Source: Deltaproteobacteria bacterium
GTDB lineage: Bacteria > UBA10199 > JACPAL01 > GCA-016699445
Direction of reading: 5' to 3'
Assembly (NCBI GenBank): GCA_016699445.1
Contig: CP064976.1
Span: 1,897,125 to 1,961,124, forward strand
DNA: 64,000 nt
The notes below the pieces were generated by a model. That model saw nothing but the letters and a program-made list of their open reading frames with translations. It was not told the origin of the DNA and made no database searches. A program made the position numbers and the translations under genes. Shown here in pieces: positions 18,772-29,592 of this stretch. Position 1 is the first letter of the stretch. The number at the start of each line of letters is the position of its first letter.

Positions 18772-19433
18772 ACCTTTTAGAATGTCGCGAAGTCAAAAAG
18801 TCATATGGACAGGGCGTGTCGCGCACAGAAGTGCTCAAAGGCATCTCTCTTCAGATTGAGAAGAAGGAGCGATCGGCTATTTTGGGAGCATCGGGCGCTG
18901 GAAAGAGTACGTTGCTGCATATTTTAAGTGCTTTGGAGAAGCCAGATGAAGGCGATGTGCTGTTTGAGGGAAAATCTCTAAAGTCTCTTAAAGATGATCA
19001 GCTTTCTGAATTTCGTAATCGTTCTATTGGTTTTGTTTTTCAGTTTCATCATCTGATGCCAGAATTTACTGCTTTAGAAAATGCCGCAATGCCGCTTTTG
19101 ATGCGTGGAGATGCATTGGCTTATGATAAAGCGAGACATTATTTAAAAAAACTAGGAGTTGATCATCGCAGCGATCATCGTCCTTCAGAAATGTCGGGGG
19201 GTGAACAGCAGCGCGTCGCGGTGGCACGTGCTCTGATCACTGAACCTCAAATTCTTTTTGCTGATGAGCCCACGGGCAATTTGGATCACGAAAATAGCCA
19301 GAAATTGACGGACCTTTTGATGAAGATCAATGAAGAGTTTTCAGTGGCTCTCGTTGTCGTGACTCATAATGAAGAAGTGGCAAAATACTTTTCCAGAATA
19401 ATTCGACTTGATGATGGGAGACTTCAGGGGTAG
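18768..19433 (+). CDS. lolD: lipoprotein-releasing system ATP-binding protein LolD
   Basis: ABC ATPase with Walker A GASGAGKST, signature LSGGEQQRVAVARAL and Walker B ILFADEPTGNLD. The start was moved to the ATG at 18768. Confidence 0.9.
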   Translation: MNLLECREVKKSYGQGVSRTEVLKGISLQIEKKERSAILGASGAGKSTLLHILSALEKPDEGDVLFEGKSLKSLKDDQLSEFRNRSIGFVFQFHHLMPEFTALENAAMPLLMRGDALAYDKARHYLKKLGVDHRSDHRPSEMSGGEQQRVAVARALITEPQILFADEPTGNLDHENSQKLTDLLMKINEEFSVALVVVTHNEEVAKYFSRIIRLDDGRLQG

Positions 19434-19448
19434 CGCCCTTCCTTCATC

Positions 19449-21761
19449 ATGAAATTCATGAAACTACAATTGTGGAGTTCGCAGTCTCTTTTGAAGGCAT
19501 TTCTTTTGGCGTTTCTCATTTTTGCCACTCCTCTTCATGCAGAATCTGTTGTTAAAGAGATTCAAGTAAATGGAAACACCCGTGTTGAAACACAGGCGAT
19601 TATTGGTTCTTTGGAGACACGGATTGGTTCGGCTTATTCTGCTGAAAAAATTCAACGGGATTTGAAAACCCTTTATAAGATGGGTTCTTTTGCGGATGTG
19701 ACTTTTGAAAAAGTGAATGTCGCAGGCGGGACTAAGCTGGTTGTGACAGTTGTAGAACGCTCCAGTATTACAAAAATCAGTTTTGAAGGAAATAAAAAGG
19801 TCAAAGAAGACAAGCTGCGAGAGTTGAGTGAGGTGAAAGCTTTTTCTCCGCTGGATTCTGTACGTCTGTCCAATACCATTCGTAAGATTCGGGAACATTA
19901 TGCCAAAGAAGGGTATCATTTGGCGGAGATTTCACCGGAATTCAAAAAAGTTCCTACGACAGCAGATTCTCATATAGAAAATGAAGAATTGATTTTTCAT
20001 ATTCATGAACATGAACCTGTCAGAATTGCCCGTGTTAATTTTATTGGGAATAAGGTTTTTTCAGATGATGATCTAAGAAGTAAGATCAAAACAAAGTCTC
20101 GTAGTTATTTTTCGTGGCTGACCGGTGGTGGAAAATTTCAGGAAGAAATGGTCAAGCGAGACAGTGCTTTCCTCGTCTACTTTTATCAAAATAATGGTTA
20201 CCTGAAGGTTAAGGTGGGATCTCCCAAGGTTTATCTTTCGCGTGATCGTAAGTCGATTACGGTGACTTATCATATTACAGAAGGAGAGAAGTATAAGGTT
20301 AAACAGGTGGAGGTGCAGGGAGATATTCTGACCACCAAGCAAGAGATGGATTCCAAGCTGGTTTTGAAAAGTGGCCAATTCTATTCGCGGCAGAAGGTGG
20401 AAGAAGATCTTCAGCTATTGTCGGCCCTTTACGGAGATCAGGGATATGCGTTTGCCAATATCAATCCTGTTATTATTCCCAATGATGAAGAACGTACGGC
20501 GGATGTGACTTATACAGTACAGCGCGGACCACGCGTATATATTGAAAAGATTAATATTTCGGGAAATGCGGTGACGCGAGATAAGGTTATTCGTCGTGAG
20601 CTGAAGATTAAAGAGAACACTCTTTATAATGAGTCCCGCCTACGAGAGTCTCAACAAAAAGTTCAGGCTTTAGGATATTTTGAAGAAGTTAATTTTGCGA
20701 CACCTCGAGGCTCTTCTGATGACAGAATCCAAATTAATATTTCGGTAAAAGAAAGGCAGACAGGGCAATTTTCCATTGGAGCTGGTTTTTCTTCTGTTGA
20801 AAAATTTATCCTGACAGCTTCTTTGGCCAAGGAAAACTTTTTGGGTTATGGTGTTAGTGGTCAGTTTTCTGTGGAAGCTTCTTCTCGCCGTCAGCTCTTT
20901 GTTTTATCTTTGGAAGATCCCTACTTTTTAGATTCTCAATGGATTTTAGGAATCTCGGGATTTCGCACGATCAATGTCTATTCGGATTTTGATCGTAAAT
21001 CTTTTGGGGGTAGTGCTACTTTAGGTCACCGTATTTTTGACAATTCGACTTTCCGTCTGACGTATCAGGCTGAAGATGTTAATATTAGTGATTTTTCGAC
21101 AACAGTACCGGCTGTTTTTGCCAATAATCTTTCCGGATTGACTTCGAGTATTGGTGTTTCTTTGATTCGGGATACGCGGAATAATCGTCTCTTTCCTTCC
21201 TCTGGAATGTATCAAAGTATAAGCTCTGAATTTGCGGGAGTGGGCGGCGACAATGATTTTGTGAGAGTGACGGAAAATTTTAGATACTACCAGCCTCTCT
21301 GGAAAAAAATTGTTGGGAAGCTCAATTTTACAGCCGCTCAGATTGAAAGTACCAATTCAGATCCAGTCCCTTTGTTTGAGAGATATTTTATGGGAGGAGT
21401 AAATTCTCTGAGGGGATATTATTTGCGTGATGTGGGCCCGAGTGTGCGTGTTCCCATTTCCTCTATTGGAGGCGATCATCGTTTTGTTTTTGGCGGTAAT
21501 AAAATGTTGCAGCTGAATTTGGAGCTTGAGCTCCCTCTTTATGATCCGGCCGGATTTAAAGCGGTGACATTCTTCGATACGGGAAATTCTTTTTCAGAAG
21601 AAGAGAATTTTTCTGTGAAGCATCTGAGAAGTGATTATGGTTTTGGACTGCGTTGGAACTCTCCGTTTGGACCTCTTCGTTTTGAATGGGGTCTCCCTAT
21701 CAATCGCCAACCAGGCGAAAGTCCGGTTATTTTCAATTTTACTATTGGAAGCTTTTTCTAG
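19449..21761 (+). CDS. bamA: outer membrane protein assembly factor BamA
   Basis: Signal peptide, five POTRA-like repeats and a C-terminal Omp85 barrel ending in the aromatic residue (..GSFF). Confidence 0.9.
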   Translation: MKFMKLQLWSSQSLLKAFLLAFLIFATPLHAESVVKEIQVNGNTRVETQAIIGSLETRIGSAYSAEKIQRDLKTLYKMGSFADVTFEKVNVAGGTKLVVTVVERSSITKISFEGNKKVKEDKLRELSEVKAFSPLDSVRLSNTIRKIREHYAKEGYHLAEISPEFKKVPTTADSHIENEELIFHIHEHEPVRIARVNFIGNKVFSDDDLRSKIKTKSRSYFSWLTGGGKFQEEMVKRDSAFLVYFYQNNGYLKVKVGSPKVYLSRDRKSITVTYHITEGEKYKVKQVEVQGDILTTKQEMDSKLVLKSGQFYSRQKVEEDLQLLSALYGDQGYAFANINPVIIPNDEERTADVTYTVQRGPRVYIEKINISGNAVTRDKVIRRELKIKENTLYNESRLRESQQKVQALGYFEEVNFATPRGSSDDRIQINISVKERQTGQFSIGAGFSSVEKFILTASLAKENFLGYGVSGQFSVEASSRRQLFVLSLEDPYFLDSQWILGISGFRTINVYSDFDRKSFGGSATLGHRIFDNSTFRLTYQAEDVNISDFSTTVPAVFANNLSGLTSSIGVSLIRDTRNNRLFPSSGMYQSISSEFAGVGGDNDFVRVTENFRYYQPLWKKIVGKLNFTAAQIESTNSDPVPLFERYFMGGVNSLRGYYLRDVGPSVRVPISSIGGDHRFVFGGNKMLQLNLELELPLYDPAGFKAVTFFDTGNSFSEEENFSVKHLRSDYGFGLRWNSPFGPLRFEWGLPINRQPGESPVIFNFTIGSFF

Positions 21762-21765
21762 GCGT

Positions 21766-22182
21766 CTAGAAGTAAAGTCTCAGAGCTTCGCGAATGCCTC
21801 GAATAGAGATTTGAGACATAGACAGCTGAGGATCTAAGGCTTTGCAAGCGACTAAAAGCTCTGACATTCCTTGAAGAACGGTGCATTCAGCAGCTGGTTG
21901 CGTGGGTTCTTCCCCATTGACTTGGTCAATATAGCTAGCCTGTGAGCTGTTTATTACAAATTGTCGACAGGTCGTTTGTGTGGCTCGAAGACCTTGATCG
22001 TTGGCAGCTTTCATAATTACACGATCAGCAGAAATCTTAATATAACCAGTAGCTACAGTTAAACGAGCATCGAGCATAAGGGCCATTTCGTTCAGTGCTT
22101 TTCTTGTAGGACCTTCTGGAAGTTGAGAGGCGAATAAGTCAATAACTTGAGGTTTTATGCTTATGGTAGGTATAGCTGTCAT
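21766..22182 (-). CDS. hypothetical protein (138 aa), antisense to the bamA-skp spacer
   Basis: The ATG is preceded by the SD AGGAGAT. The product is non-repetitive and soluble-looking with no family recognised. Confidence 0.4.
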   Translation of the reverse strand: MTAIPTISIKPQVIDLFASQLPEGPTRKALNEMALMLDARLTVATGYIKISADRVIMKAANDQGLRATQTTCRQFVINSSQASYIDQVNGEEPTQPAAECTVLQGMSELLVACKALDPQLSMSQISIRGIREALRLYF

Positions 22183-22338
22183 GTTTATCTCCTAAGTGAA
22201 CAAGACTATCGACACCGTTCTGAAAAGGTTTCGCATTATTTTTACTAGGCTTGATTTGAAGAGTCTAAAAATTGAATTTCCCCTTGTCTTTCTTCTTCTT
22301 GCGTCACATAAGACCGAAAATTTTAATAAGGAGATTCC

Positions 22339-22881
22339 ATGAAGAAAATAGTATTAGTCGTGTCATTAATGATGGTGATGGCTCTGAATGCGGCTCAAGC
22401 TGCGGAGCTTAAAGTAGGTGTGGTTAATTTTCAAAAAGCCTTGAATGAAGTCGAACAAGGTAAAAAAGCCAAAGCCGCTTTAAAGGCTGAATTTGATGCT
22501 AAGCAAAAGAAGCTTCAGATTCAGGAAGATGAATTAAAGAAAATGCAGGCTGAGTTTGAAAAGCAAAAAGCTGTTTTGTCTCAAGATGCTTTGATGGCCA
22601 AACAAAAGACATTTCAGGAAAAATATACTGATCTTCAGAAAAACTTCGCTGGTTATCGCGATGAGCTTGTCGGTCGTGAATCAAAAATGACCTCTCAAAT
22701 ACTTCAAAATCTTAAGACGGTAGTTGCGGCCCTTGGTCAAAAAGGTGGCTTTACTTTGGTGATGGAATCTTCTGCAGATACAGTGTTGTATGTTCAATCC
22801 AAAGAAGACCTGACCGATGAAGTGATTAAGGCCTACAATTCTAAATTTACAGGCCCATTGAAGGATGCTGGAAAAGAATAA
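22339..22881 (+). CDS. skp: periplasmic chaperone Skp/OmpH
   Basis: Signal peptide, then a long coiled-coil body rich in K/E/Q typical of OmpH. It sits immediately downstream of bamA. Confidence 0.85.
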   Translation: MKKIVLVVSLMMVMALNAAQAAELKVGVVNFQKALNEVEQGKKAKAALKAEFDAKQKKLQIQEDELKKMQAEFEKQKAVLSQDALMAKQKTFQEKYTDLQKNFAGYRDELVGRESKMTSQILQNLKTVVAALGQKGGFTLVMESSADTVLYVQSKEDLTDEVIKAYNSKFTGPLKDAGKE

Positions 22882-22883
22882 CC

Positions 22884-23553
22884 ATGTCTTTAAATGATCT
22901 TTTTGAACTTTTAGCCTGCCCCAAATGCAAAAAATCACTGACATCGTCTGCTGATGAAAAAGGTGCTGTCTGTGAATCCTGTATGGTTGTTTATCCGATC
23001 AAGGAAGGAGTCCCTCATCTGATTGCAGAAGAAGCAACGGCTTTGCAAGTGGTTGCCAGAGATGCTTCGGGAGATATTTCCATCCCGGGGACGCGAGGTG
23101 AACAAGCTGTTTTTTTAGTCGTTGAGGGAAAGCAGAAAGGTGAAGAGATCCGTTTGGACCGAGGGACGTGTCGTGCTTTAGGTCGCTCGGTGGATGATAT
23201 TGAGAAAACAAAAGTATTTAGTTTTGATCCTGCCATGACTTTGGATGAAGCTTCCAAAAAGCTTGTGATGCAATATCTCTCTACTCAGTTTAAAAGGTGA
23301 CACTAAACCTGTTTCTGCAGGGCATGGGGTTGAGCCTTTGGGTGGTTTTGTTCGTGACCCTGATGTGCAGGTGCGTGATATTTCGATTTCACGACTTAAT
23401 GCGATGATTTTTTATGATGAATCTGGGGCTATTGGTATTTTGGATCTCGTCAGTAAGAATGGAACTTTTGTTAATGGCGCTGAGGTTGAATCCAAGCTCC
23501 TCAAAGAAGGGGATTTGATCGCTCTGGGGAGTACAAAGCTCAGACTGCAATAA
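22884..23553 (+). pseudogene. Trm112-like zinc-ribbon (UPF0434) N-terminus fused to an FHA domain, frameshifted between the two halves
   Basis: 22884..23300 carries LLACPKCKKSL..C..C...YPIKEGVPHLI. 23338..23553 carries VSR.NA.I...SKNGTFVNG...L..GD.I.LG. The second frame is already open from about 23284. The junction lies at the A4 run at 23292-23295. Confidence 0.55.
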
Positions 23554-23566
23554 AGGAAATATTTAT

Positions 23567-24418
23567 ATGAGATCAATGACAGGTTTTGGAATCGCTCGAG
23601 GTAGTGCAGGACGCTCTCATGTTTTTATTGAAGCTCGTTCAGTAAATCATCGGTTTATAGAAGTCTCTCTTCGTTTCCCTGGTAAGTACTCTTCTTTGGA
23701 AGGGGATATCCAAAGAAAAATTCGGGAGCTTTTTTCCCGTGGTAAGTTTGATCTGTTTTTAAAAGAAGAAATTGCTTCGCGTGATAATGTCGAGTTGGAT
23801 CAATCCAGAAAAGCTTTTCAGGTTTTAAAAAAAATCAAAAGTGAACTTAATCTCTCTGGGGATATTACCCTGAGCGATCTTCTGACTTACCGTACATTGA
23901 CGGGAACGACTTCAGCTCGTGAAGATATTGAAACTTTGCGTGCTCCACTATTGACGCTGGCCAGTGAAGCTCTCCAACATTTAAAAAAAATGCGTGAAAG
24001 AGAAGGCTTGCGACTCAAAAAATGGCTTCAGAGTGAGCTCAAAAAGCTCAAAAGCCTTTTGAAATTTGTTCAATCTCACTCCAAACAGCATGGCCATGAC
24101 CGACGTAAAAAAGTGGTGGAGCGTCTTCAACGTGCCAATATGCCTGAAGACCGTGCGATTCAGGAAGCGGCGATCGCTGTTGAGAAAGCAGATGTCACCG
24201 AAGAAATTGTCCGTCTCCAAAGTCATTTAAAAGAGTTTGAAAAATATCTTCAGGAAAAAAATCCTGTGGGTCGAAAATTTGACTTTTTAATCCAGGAAAT
24301 GGGTCGTGAAATCAACACGATTGGCTCCAAAGCCTTTGGCGTTGAGATTTCTCATCGAGTGATCGAATTTAAGAGTGAGCTCGAAAAAGTCCGTGAACAA
24401 ATTCAAAACGTCGAGTAG
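23567..24418 (+). CDS. yicC: YicC family stress-induced protein
   Basis: MRSMTGFG...SVNHRF N-terminal YicC domain plus the C-terminal DUF1732 helical part (EEIVRLQSHL). Confidence 0.85.
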   Translation: MRSMTGFGIARGSAGRSHVFIEARSVNHRFIEVSLRFPGKYSSLEGDIQRKIRELFSRGKFDLFLKEEIASRDNVELDQSRKAFQVLKKIKSELNLSGDITLSDLLTYRTLTGTTSAREDIETLRAPLLTLASEALQHLKKMREREGLRLKKWLQSELKKLKSLLKFVQSHSKQHGHDRRKKVVERLQRANMPEDRAIQEAAIAVEKADVTEEIVRLQSHLKEFEKYLQEKNPVGRKFDFLIQEMGREINTIGSKAFGVEISHRVIEFKSELEKVREQIQNVE

Positions 24419-24426
24419 AATATCTC

Positions 24427-24999
24427 ATGTCTTCGACATCCAAAATAGGTCGTTTTTTTGTGCTTTCAGCCCCTTCAGGCGCAGGTAAAACCACACTGGT
24501 CAATCGACTGTTAAAAGACATCCCTCATGTTGAATGTTCCATCTCCTGCACGACTCGTAAACCTCGTCAGGGAGAGGTCGATGGGGTAGATTATTATTTT
24601 ATCAGCACAGAAAAATTTCAGACCATGATAGGGCTGGGAGAGTTTTTTGAGTATGAAGAAGTGCATGGGTATTTCTATGGTACTCCTAAAGGTCCATTGA
24701 TGGAGAGGCGCCAGCAGGGTCAGGATACAATCCTTGATTTGGATACTCGAGGCGCATTGAGTGTTAAAAAATCATTTCCCGATAGTTTGACTATTTTTCT
24801 CATGCCTCCTTCATTAGAAGTTTTGGAAGAGCGTTTGAGAAAAAGGCAGACAGAAAATGAAGCCTCTTTGCAGAGACGTTTGAAGGATGCTCAGGATCAA
24901 TTGTTGGAAAAGGAGAAGTTTGATCGTGTGGTGATTAATGACAAAATCGATCGAGCTTATGAAGAAGTTAAAAATATCATATTGAATAGTCTGCAGTAG
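24427..24999 (+). CDS. gmk: guanylate kinase
   Basis: P-loop SAPSGAGKTTL, TTR.PR.GE and DGVDYYF. Confidence 0.95.
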   Translation: MSSTSKIGRFFVLSAPSGAGKTTLVNRLLKDIPHVECSISCTTRKPRQGEVDGVDYYFISTEKFQTMIGLGEFFEYEEVHGYFYGTPKGPLMERRQQGQDTILDLDTRGALSVKKSFPDSLTIFLMPPSLEVLEERLRKRQTENEASLQRRLKDAQDQLLEKEKFDRVVINDKIDRAYEEVKNIILNSLQ

Positions 25000-25018
25000 C
25001 TCCGCATAATGGTCTTTC

Positions 25019-27199
25019 ATGGCCGAACCTGTAAATCTCAACATTCGTTTTGAAGATATTCTCACTGAAGTGGAAAGTTATAACCCCAGTGCGGATTTAG
25101 ATTTGATCCGCAAGGCTTATGTGTATTCTGCCAAGGTTCATCAAGGACAGACTCGTCGTTCGGGAGAGCCTTATCTCATTCATCCTATAGCTGTCGCTCA
25201 TATACTGGCCAAAATGCATCTAGATGCACCCTCGATAGCGACGGGTTTTTTGCATGATACGGTGGAAGATACGCTGGCGACAGTTGAAGATATTAAGCAA
25301 ATATTTGGTCCGCAAATTTCAAAATTGGTCGATGCGGTGACCAAACTTTCTAAAATAAATTTTAATACCAAAGAACAACGACAAGCCGAAAATTTTAGAA
25401 AAATGTTTATGGCGATGGCCGATGATATTCGGGTGATTTTAGTCAAGCTCGCGGATCGCCTGCATAACATGCAAACCATGCAACACATGCCCGAAGATAA
25501 ACAGATTCTGATCTCGCAGGAGACCTTGGATATTTATGCGCCTATAGCAGGTCGTTTGGGTATGCAGGAGCTCAAACTGGATTTGGAAAATCTGGCCCTG
25601 AAGTATCTCAAACCTCAATTATGGGAAACTTTGAGTGAAAAAGCGGATGAACTTCAAAAAACTACGGGAAAATCAATTGAGGAGATGAAGCTCAAGCTCA
25701 ACGAAAAACTTTTAGAATATGGAATCAAAGCCGATCTTCAAGCGCGTATTAAGCACGTGTATAGTATTTTCCGAAAGATGGAAGAACAGCATGTGGAGTT
25801 TGAACAGATCTATGATCTTTTAGCTTTGCGAGTGATCGTGAATACGATTCCTCAATGTTACGAGACTTTGGGTTTTGTTCATTCTCTTTGGAAGCCTGTG
25901 CCGGGCCGTTTTAAGGATTATATCGGCATGCCCAAAATGAATAATTACCAATCTCTTCATACAACAGTGATTGGTCCAAAAGGGTATCGGGTAGAATTTC
26001 AAATCAGGACCAAAGAAATGCATGAGATTGCGGATTGGGGTATTGCAGCTCATTGGAATTATAAAGAAGGCGGAGAAATAAATCTCAAGGACGAGATGAA
26101 GTTTCGTTGGATTCGCCAGTTTATGGAATGGCAAAAAGATCTTTCAGATCCTGCAGAATATCTCGATACTGTTAAACTCGATCTCTTTGCCAGTGATGTT
26201 TATGTGTTTACTCCGAAGGGTGACATCCGAGAATTTCCTGCAGGCTCGACACCTGTGGATTTTGCTTACTCGGTACATACGGAAGTGGGAAATAAATGTG
26301 TCGGCGCCCGTGTTAATGGAAAACTTGTCCCTCTTCGCTACCGGATGAAGAGCGGTGATACCATTGAGATTGTTACTCAAGAAGGTCATCATCCATCGCG
26401 CGATTGGTTGAAATACGCCCAAACTTCACGAGCCAAAGCTAAAATCAGGCAGTATTTGAGAGAAGAACAGTCCACACGTGCCAGTAAGCTGGGTCAGGAT
26501 TTGTTGGAAAAAGAGTTGGATCGTTATGGCTTGAGTCCGAGTAAAACCTATAAAGGCGAAGCTTTTCTCGCATTTCTCAAAAGCCGTCATATTAGAGATG
26601 AACATCAACTTTTTGTTTTAGTGGGCTATGGAAAGCTTTCATCACACCAGGTGGTAGCGGCTTTGTTGCCCAAAGAACAATTGGAAGAGATGGCACAAAA
26701 GGAAACGGTTAAAGAGAGTACGATTAGCCGAATCTTTAAAAAAGCTTTTGAGCGCAGTCGTGGCCGTGTGCGTGTAGGTGGTTTTGATGATGTGATGATC
26801 TCGTTGGCTAAATGTTGCAACCCGATTCCTGGAGATTCGATAGTGGGTTTTATTACGCGTGGTCGCGGTGTGACGATTCACTCATCAGACTGTAGTAAAG
26901 TATTAGCTTCTGATAAAACACGACGTTTGGATGCGACATGGAATCTCAAAGGTGCTGACCCAACGAGTACAAAGATTCGGGTTATTTGTATCGATAAACC
27001 CGGACTGTTGGCGGACATCAGCCGTATCATTTCCGATCTGGATGTGAATATTAACCAAGCTTCATGCCGGTCTATTGGGGATCAAAAGATGGTCAACAAT
27101 TTCGAAATTGGCATCCGAGACCTCAAACACCTCCAAAGCCTCATTAAAGCCCTTTCTAAAGTAAAAGGTGTGATCAGTGTGGATAGGACACGGGATTAA
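25019..27199 (+). CDS. spoT: bifunctional (p)ppGpp synthetase/hydrolase, RelA/SpoT homolog
   Basis: Intact HD hydrolase motif (HPIAVA...HDTVEDT), synthetase domain, TGS and C-terminal ACT. 726 aa. Confidence 0.95.
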   Translation: MAEPVNLNIRFEDILTEVESYNPSADLDLIRKAYVYSAKVHQGQTRRSGEPYLIHPIAVAHILAKMHLDAPSIATGFLHDTVEDTLATVEDIKQIFGPQISKLVDAVTKLSKINFNTKEQRQAENFRKMFMAMADDIRVILVKLADRLHNMQTMQHMPEDKQILISQETLDIYAPIAGRLGMQELKLDLENLALKYLKPQLWETLSEKADELQKTTGKSIEEMKLKLNEKLLEYGIKADLQARIKHVYSIFRKMEEQHVEFEQIYDLLALRVIVNTIPQCYETLGFVHSLWKPVPGRFKDYIGMPKMNNYQSLHTTVIGPKGYRVEFQIRTKEMHEIADWGIAAHWNYKEGGEINLKDEMKFRWIRQFMEWQKDLSDPAEYLDTVKLDLFASDVYVFTPKGDIREFPAGSTPVDFAYSVHTEVGNKCVGARVNGKLVPLRYRMKSGDTIEIVTQEGHHPSRDWLKYAQTSRAKAKIRQYLREEQSTRASKLGQDLLEKELDRYGLSPSKTYKGEAFLAFLKSRHIRDEHQLFVLVGYGKLSSHQVVAALLPKEQLEEMAQKETVKESTISRIFKKAFERSRGRVRVGGFDDVMISLAKCCNPIPGDSIVGFITRGRGVTIHSSDCSKVLASDKTRRLDATWNLKGADPTSTKIRVICIDKPGLLADISRIISDLDVNINQASCRSIGDQKMVNNFEIGIRDLKHLQSLIKALSKVKGVISVDRTRD

Positions 27200-28115
27200 C
27201 TATCCGTCATTTCAAACATCTTTTGAAGAGGTTTCAGAGCCGCGAGGCGTAAGGTTTCAGGCATAGTGATTTCAGGTTTGAGATCGCGTAGACAGAGGTA
27301 GAGTTTTTCCAAAGTGTTGCGCTTCATGTGAGGACATTCATTGCAAGCGCAGTTGGCATCTGGTGGTGCTGCGTAAAACTTCTTATGTGGAGCGGCTTTT
27401 TCCATCTGATGCAAAATGCCGGCTTCGGTCAGAACAATAAATTCTTGTGCAGGATCTTTTTGGGAAAATTCCAGCAAGCGCGATGTCGAGCCAATAAAGT
27501 CGGCGTATTTGAGGATATGTTCTTCGCATTCGGGATGCGCGATCACTTTGGCATTTGGGTAACGGACTTTCAGTTGCACTAATTTTTTTTCACTGAAAAT
27601 TTCATGAACGATACACGAGCCATTCCATAAGACCATCTCCGACCAATAGTTTTGGCCAGATAGGCTCCGAGATTTTATCGGGAGCAAAAATAATTTTGAT
27701 CTTTTGGAATCTGTCGGACAATTTTTTCGGCATTACTTGAGGTACAGATGATGTCACTCAAGGCTTTAATCTCGGCCGTGCAGTTGATGTATGAGATGAC
27801 GATGTGGTCGGGATGTTGTTTCTTAAATTCTAAAAATTTATCAGCCAGACAACTATCAGCGAGCGAACAACCCGCTTCAAGATCCGGGATGACAACAGTT
27901 TTGGTGGGATTTAAAATCTTGGCTGTCTCAGCCATGAAATGAACACCGGCAAAAACAATCACATCGGCATTGGTCTTTTGAGCGCGTCGGGCTAGCCCCA
28001 GACTATCTTCCACATAATCTGCCAAATCCTGAATCTCCGACTCTTGATAAAAATGAGCGAGGATGACGGCATTACGTTCTTTTTTAAGCTTTATAATTTC
28101 CTGAATGTAATCCAT
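27196..28115 (-). pseudogene. nadA: quinolinate synthase NadA, frameshifted in this assembly
   Basis: 27675..28115 is the N-part ([23 protein letters not shown]). 27196..27687 is the C-part ([20 protein letters not shown]). The middle segment KIIFAPDK sits in the third frame. At least two indels fall in A/T runs around 27676-27700. Confidence 0.85.
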
Positions 28116-28126
28116 AGGCCGACCCT

Positions 28127-28951
28127 ATGCCGAGCTCAAAACCCTTGTCAAACCAGCATCCTCAGTATTTTCATAATCGCCATCATCAAGCAGCTTTTGA
28201 AAAAGTTCGTGAGTTGGCTAGCTCCATAACGCTGCAGCCTATCACTTCCGACCCGGTCTATTTTGTTCACCAATACACGAATCACCAAGATCAAGAAGTG
28301 GTCGGCCTTATTTCAGCCTTGATGGCCTTTGGGCAGGTGAAGTCAATTCATGCAGCTTTGAGAAGGATTTTTGAAGTGATGGGGACGTCTCCTGTGCGTT
28401 ACTTGAAATCTTTTGATGAGGCGAAAGGCATTAAGTTAAAAACGATTCAGCATCGATGGGTGAGAGGGGATGATTTGATTTTGTTGATGAAGACTTTATC
28501 AAAAATACTGAAAGAGTATGGTTCACTCAAAAATTTATTTTTGGAAGGGTATCGAGAGATCGAGGATGTTTCGATTGCGATGGGTTTATTTTCAAAAAAG
28601 TTTTTAGAAATGAGCGGGCAAAAATCCTGGTCTCGAGGTTTTCGCCATTTTTTCCCATCTCCAGAAGGAGGGTCGCCTTGTAAGAGACTGTGTATGTATC
28701 TTCGTTGGATGGTACGCCCGAGAGATGGGGTGGATTTGGGTTTGTGGACAGAAATCAAGCCGGCGGCTTTGATTGTTCCTTTGGATACTCATATTTATCA
28801 ATTTGCCAAAAAATACCGATTGAGCCGGCACAAAAATCCAAACTGGAAGGCTTCTTTAGAAATCACTCAATTTCTGAAAACCATCGATTCTGAAGATCCC
28901 GTGAGATACGATTATGCGATTTGTCATTATGGAATGGAGGTGGGGTGGTAG
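28127..28951 (+). CDS. TIGR02757/DUF2400 family protein
   Basis: The conserved C-terminal block RWMVRPRDGVDLGLW...PLDTHI..FA matches the DUF2400 pattern. Confidence 0.55.
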   Translation: MPSSKPLSNQHPQYFHNRHHQAAFEKVRELASSITLQPITSDPVYFVHQYTNHQDQEVVGLISALMAFGQVKSIHAALRRIFEVMGTSPVRYLKSFDEAKGIKLKTIQHRWVRGDDLILLMKTLSKILKEYGSLKNLFLEGYREIEDVSIAMGLFSKKFLEMSGQKSWSRGFRHFFPSPEGGSPCKRLCMYLRWMVRPRDGVDLGLWTEIKPAALIVPLDTHIYQFAKKYRLSRHKNPNWKASLEITQFLKTIDSEDPVRYDYAICHYGMEVGW

Positions 28952-29016
28952 AGTGACGCGCTGCATAGCAACTTTTTAAAGGGGGAGTCGATAATAAGCC
29001 TTTAAAAGGAGATTTT

Positions 29017-29247
29017 ATGAATGTACCTCTTCAATCACTTCAACAACCTACTTTTCAAGTGTTAGGATATTCTGGCGTTACTGAAGCAAAACCCACTACT
29101 GCTGTAGACTCAAATGCCATGATAAGGCTTCAAAACGAAACAGAGAAGCTTGTAATAGATGGTTTAAGAAATGAACCACTAATTGTCCGATTACTTGCCG
29201 GTTTTGCGACTTTAGGATGTAAACTTTTAGAGAGAAGATCTTCGTAA
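29017..29247 (+). CDS. small hypothetical protein (76 aa)
   Basis: The SD GGAG sits 7 nt upstream of the ATG. No family is recognised. It is convergent with rpsT. Confidence 0.35.
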   Translation: MNVPLQSLQQPTFQVLGYSGVTEAKPTTAVDSNAMIRLQNETEKLVIDGLRNEPLIVRLLAGFATLGCKLLERRSS

Positions 29248-29559
29248 CTAAGCAGCGATCTTAGCCACTAACTTAGACAAACGAGAAACATGACGAGACG
29301 TCGTATTTCTGTGAAGAATTCCTTTTTTACCAACACGATCTAAAAGAGAAGAAGCATTCTTGAGAGCTTCTTTTGCTTTTCCAGAATCCTTAGCGGCCAC
29401 AGCTTGGCGCACTCTCTTAACAGCTGTACGCATAGCTGAAATTTCAGATTTATTCTGAGCTTGTTTTTTAGAACTCTGACGGTGACGTTTAATCGCTGAA
29501 GCGTGGCGACCTTTAACGAGTTTTTTCTTTTTAGGAGCTTCTTTAGTTTCTTCTGCCAT
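29248..29559 (-). CDS. rpsT: 30S ribosomal protein S20
   Basis: SAIKRHRQS...SAMRTAVKRV...LHRNTTSRHVSRLSKLV is S20 with a short basic N-terminal extension. The start was set at MAEETK. Confidence 0.8.
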   Translation of the reverse strand: MAEETKEAPKKKKLVKGRHASAIKRHRQSSKKQAQNKSEISAMRTAVKRVRQAVAAKDSGKAKEALKNASSLLDRVGKKGILHRNTTSRHVSRLSKLVAKIAA

Positions 29560-29592
29560 AAGGTGGGCTGAGCTAGCATTCACTTCGAAAAT

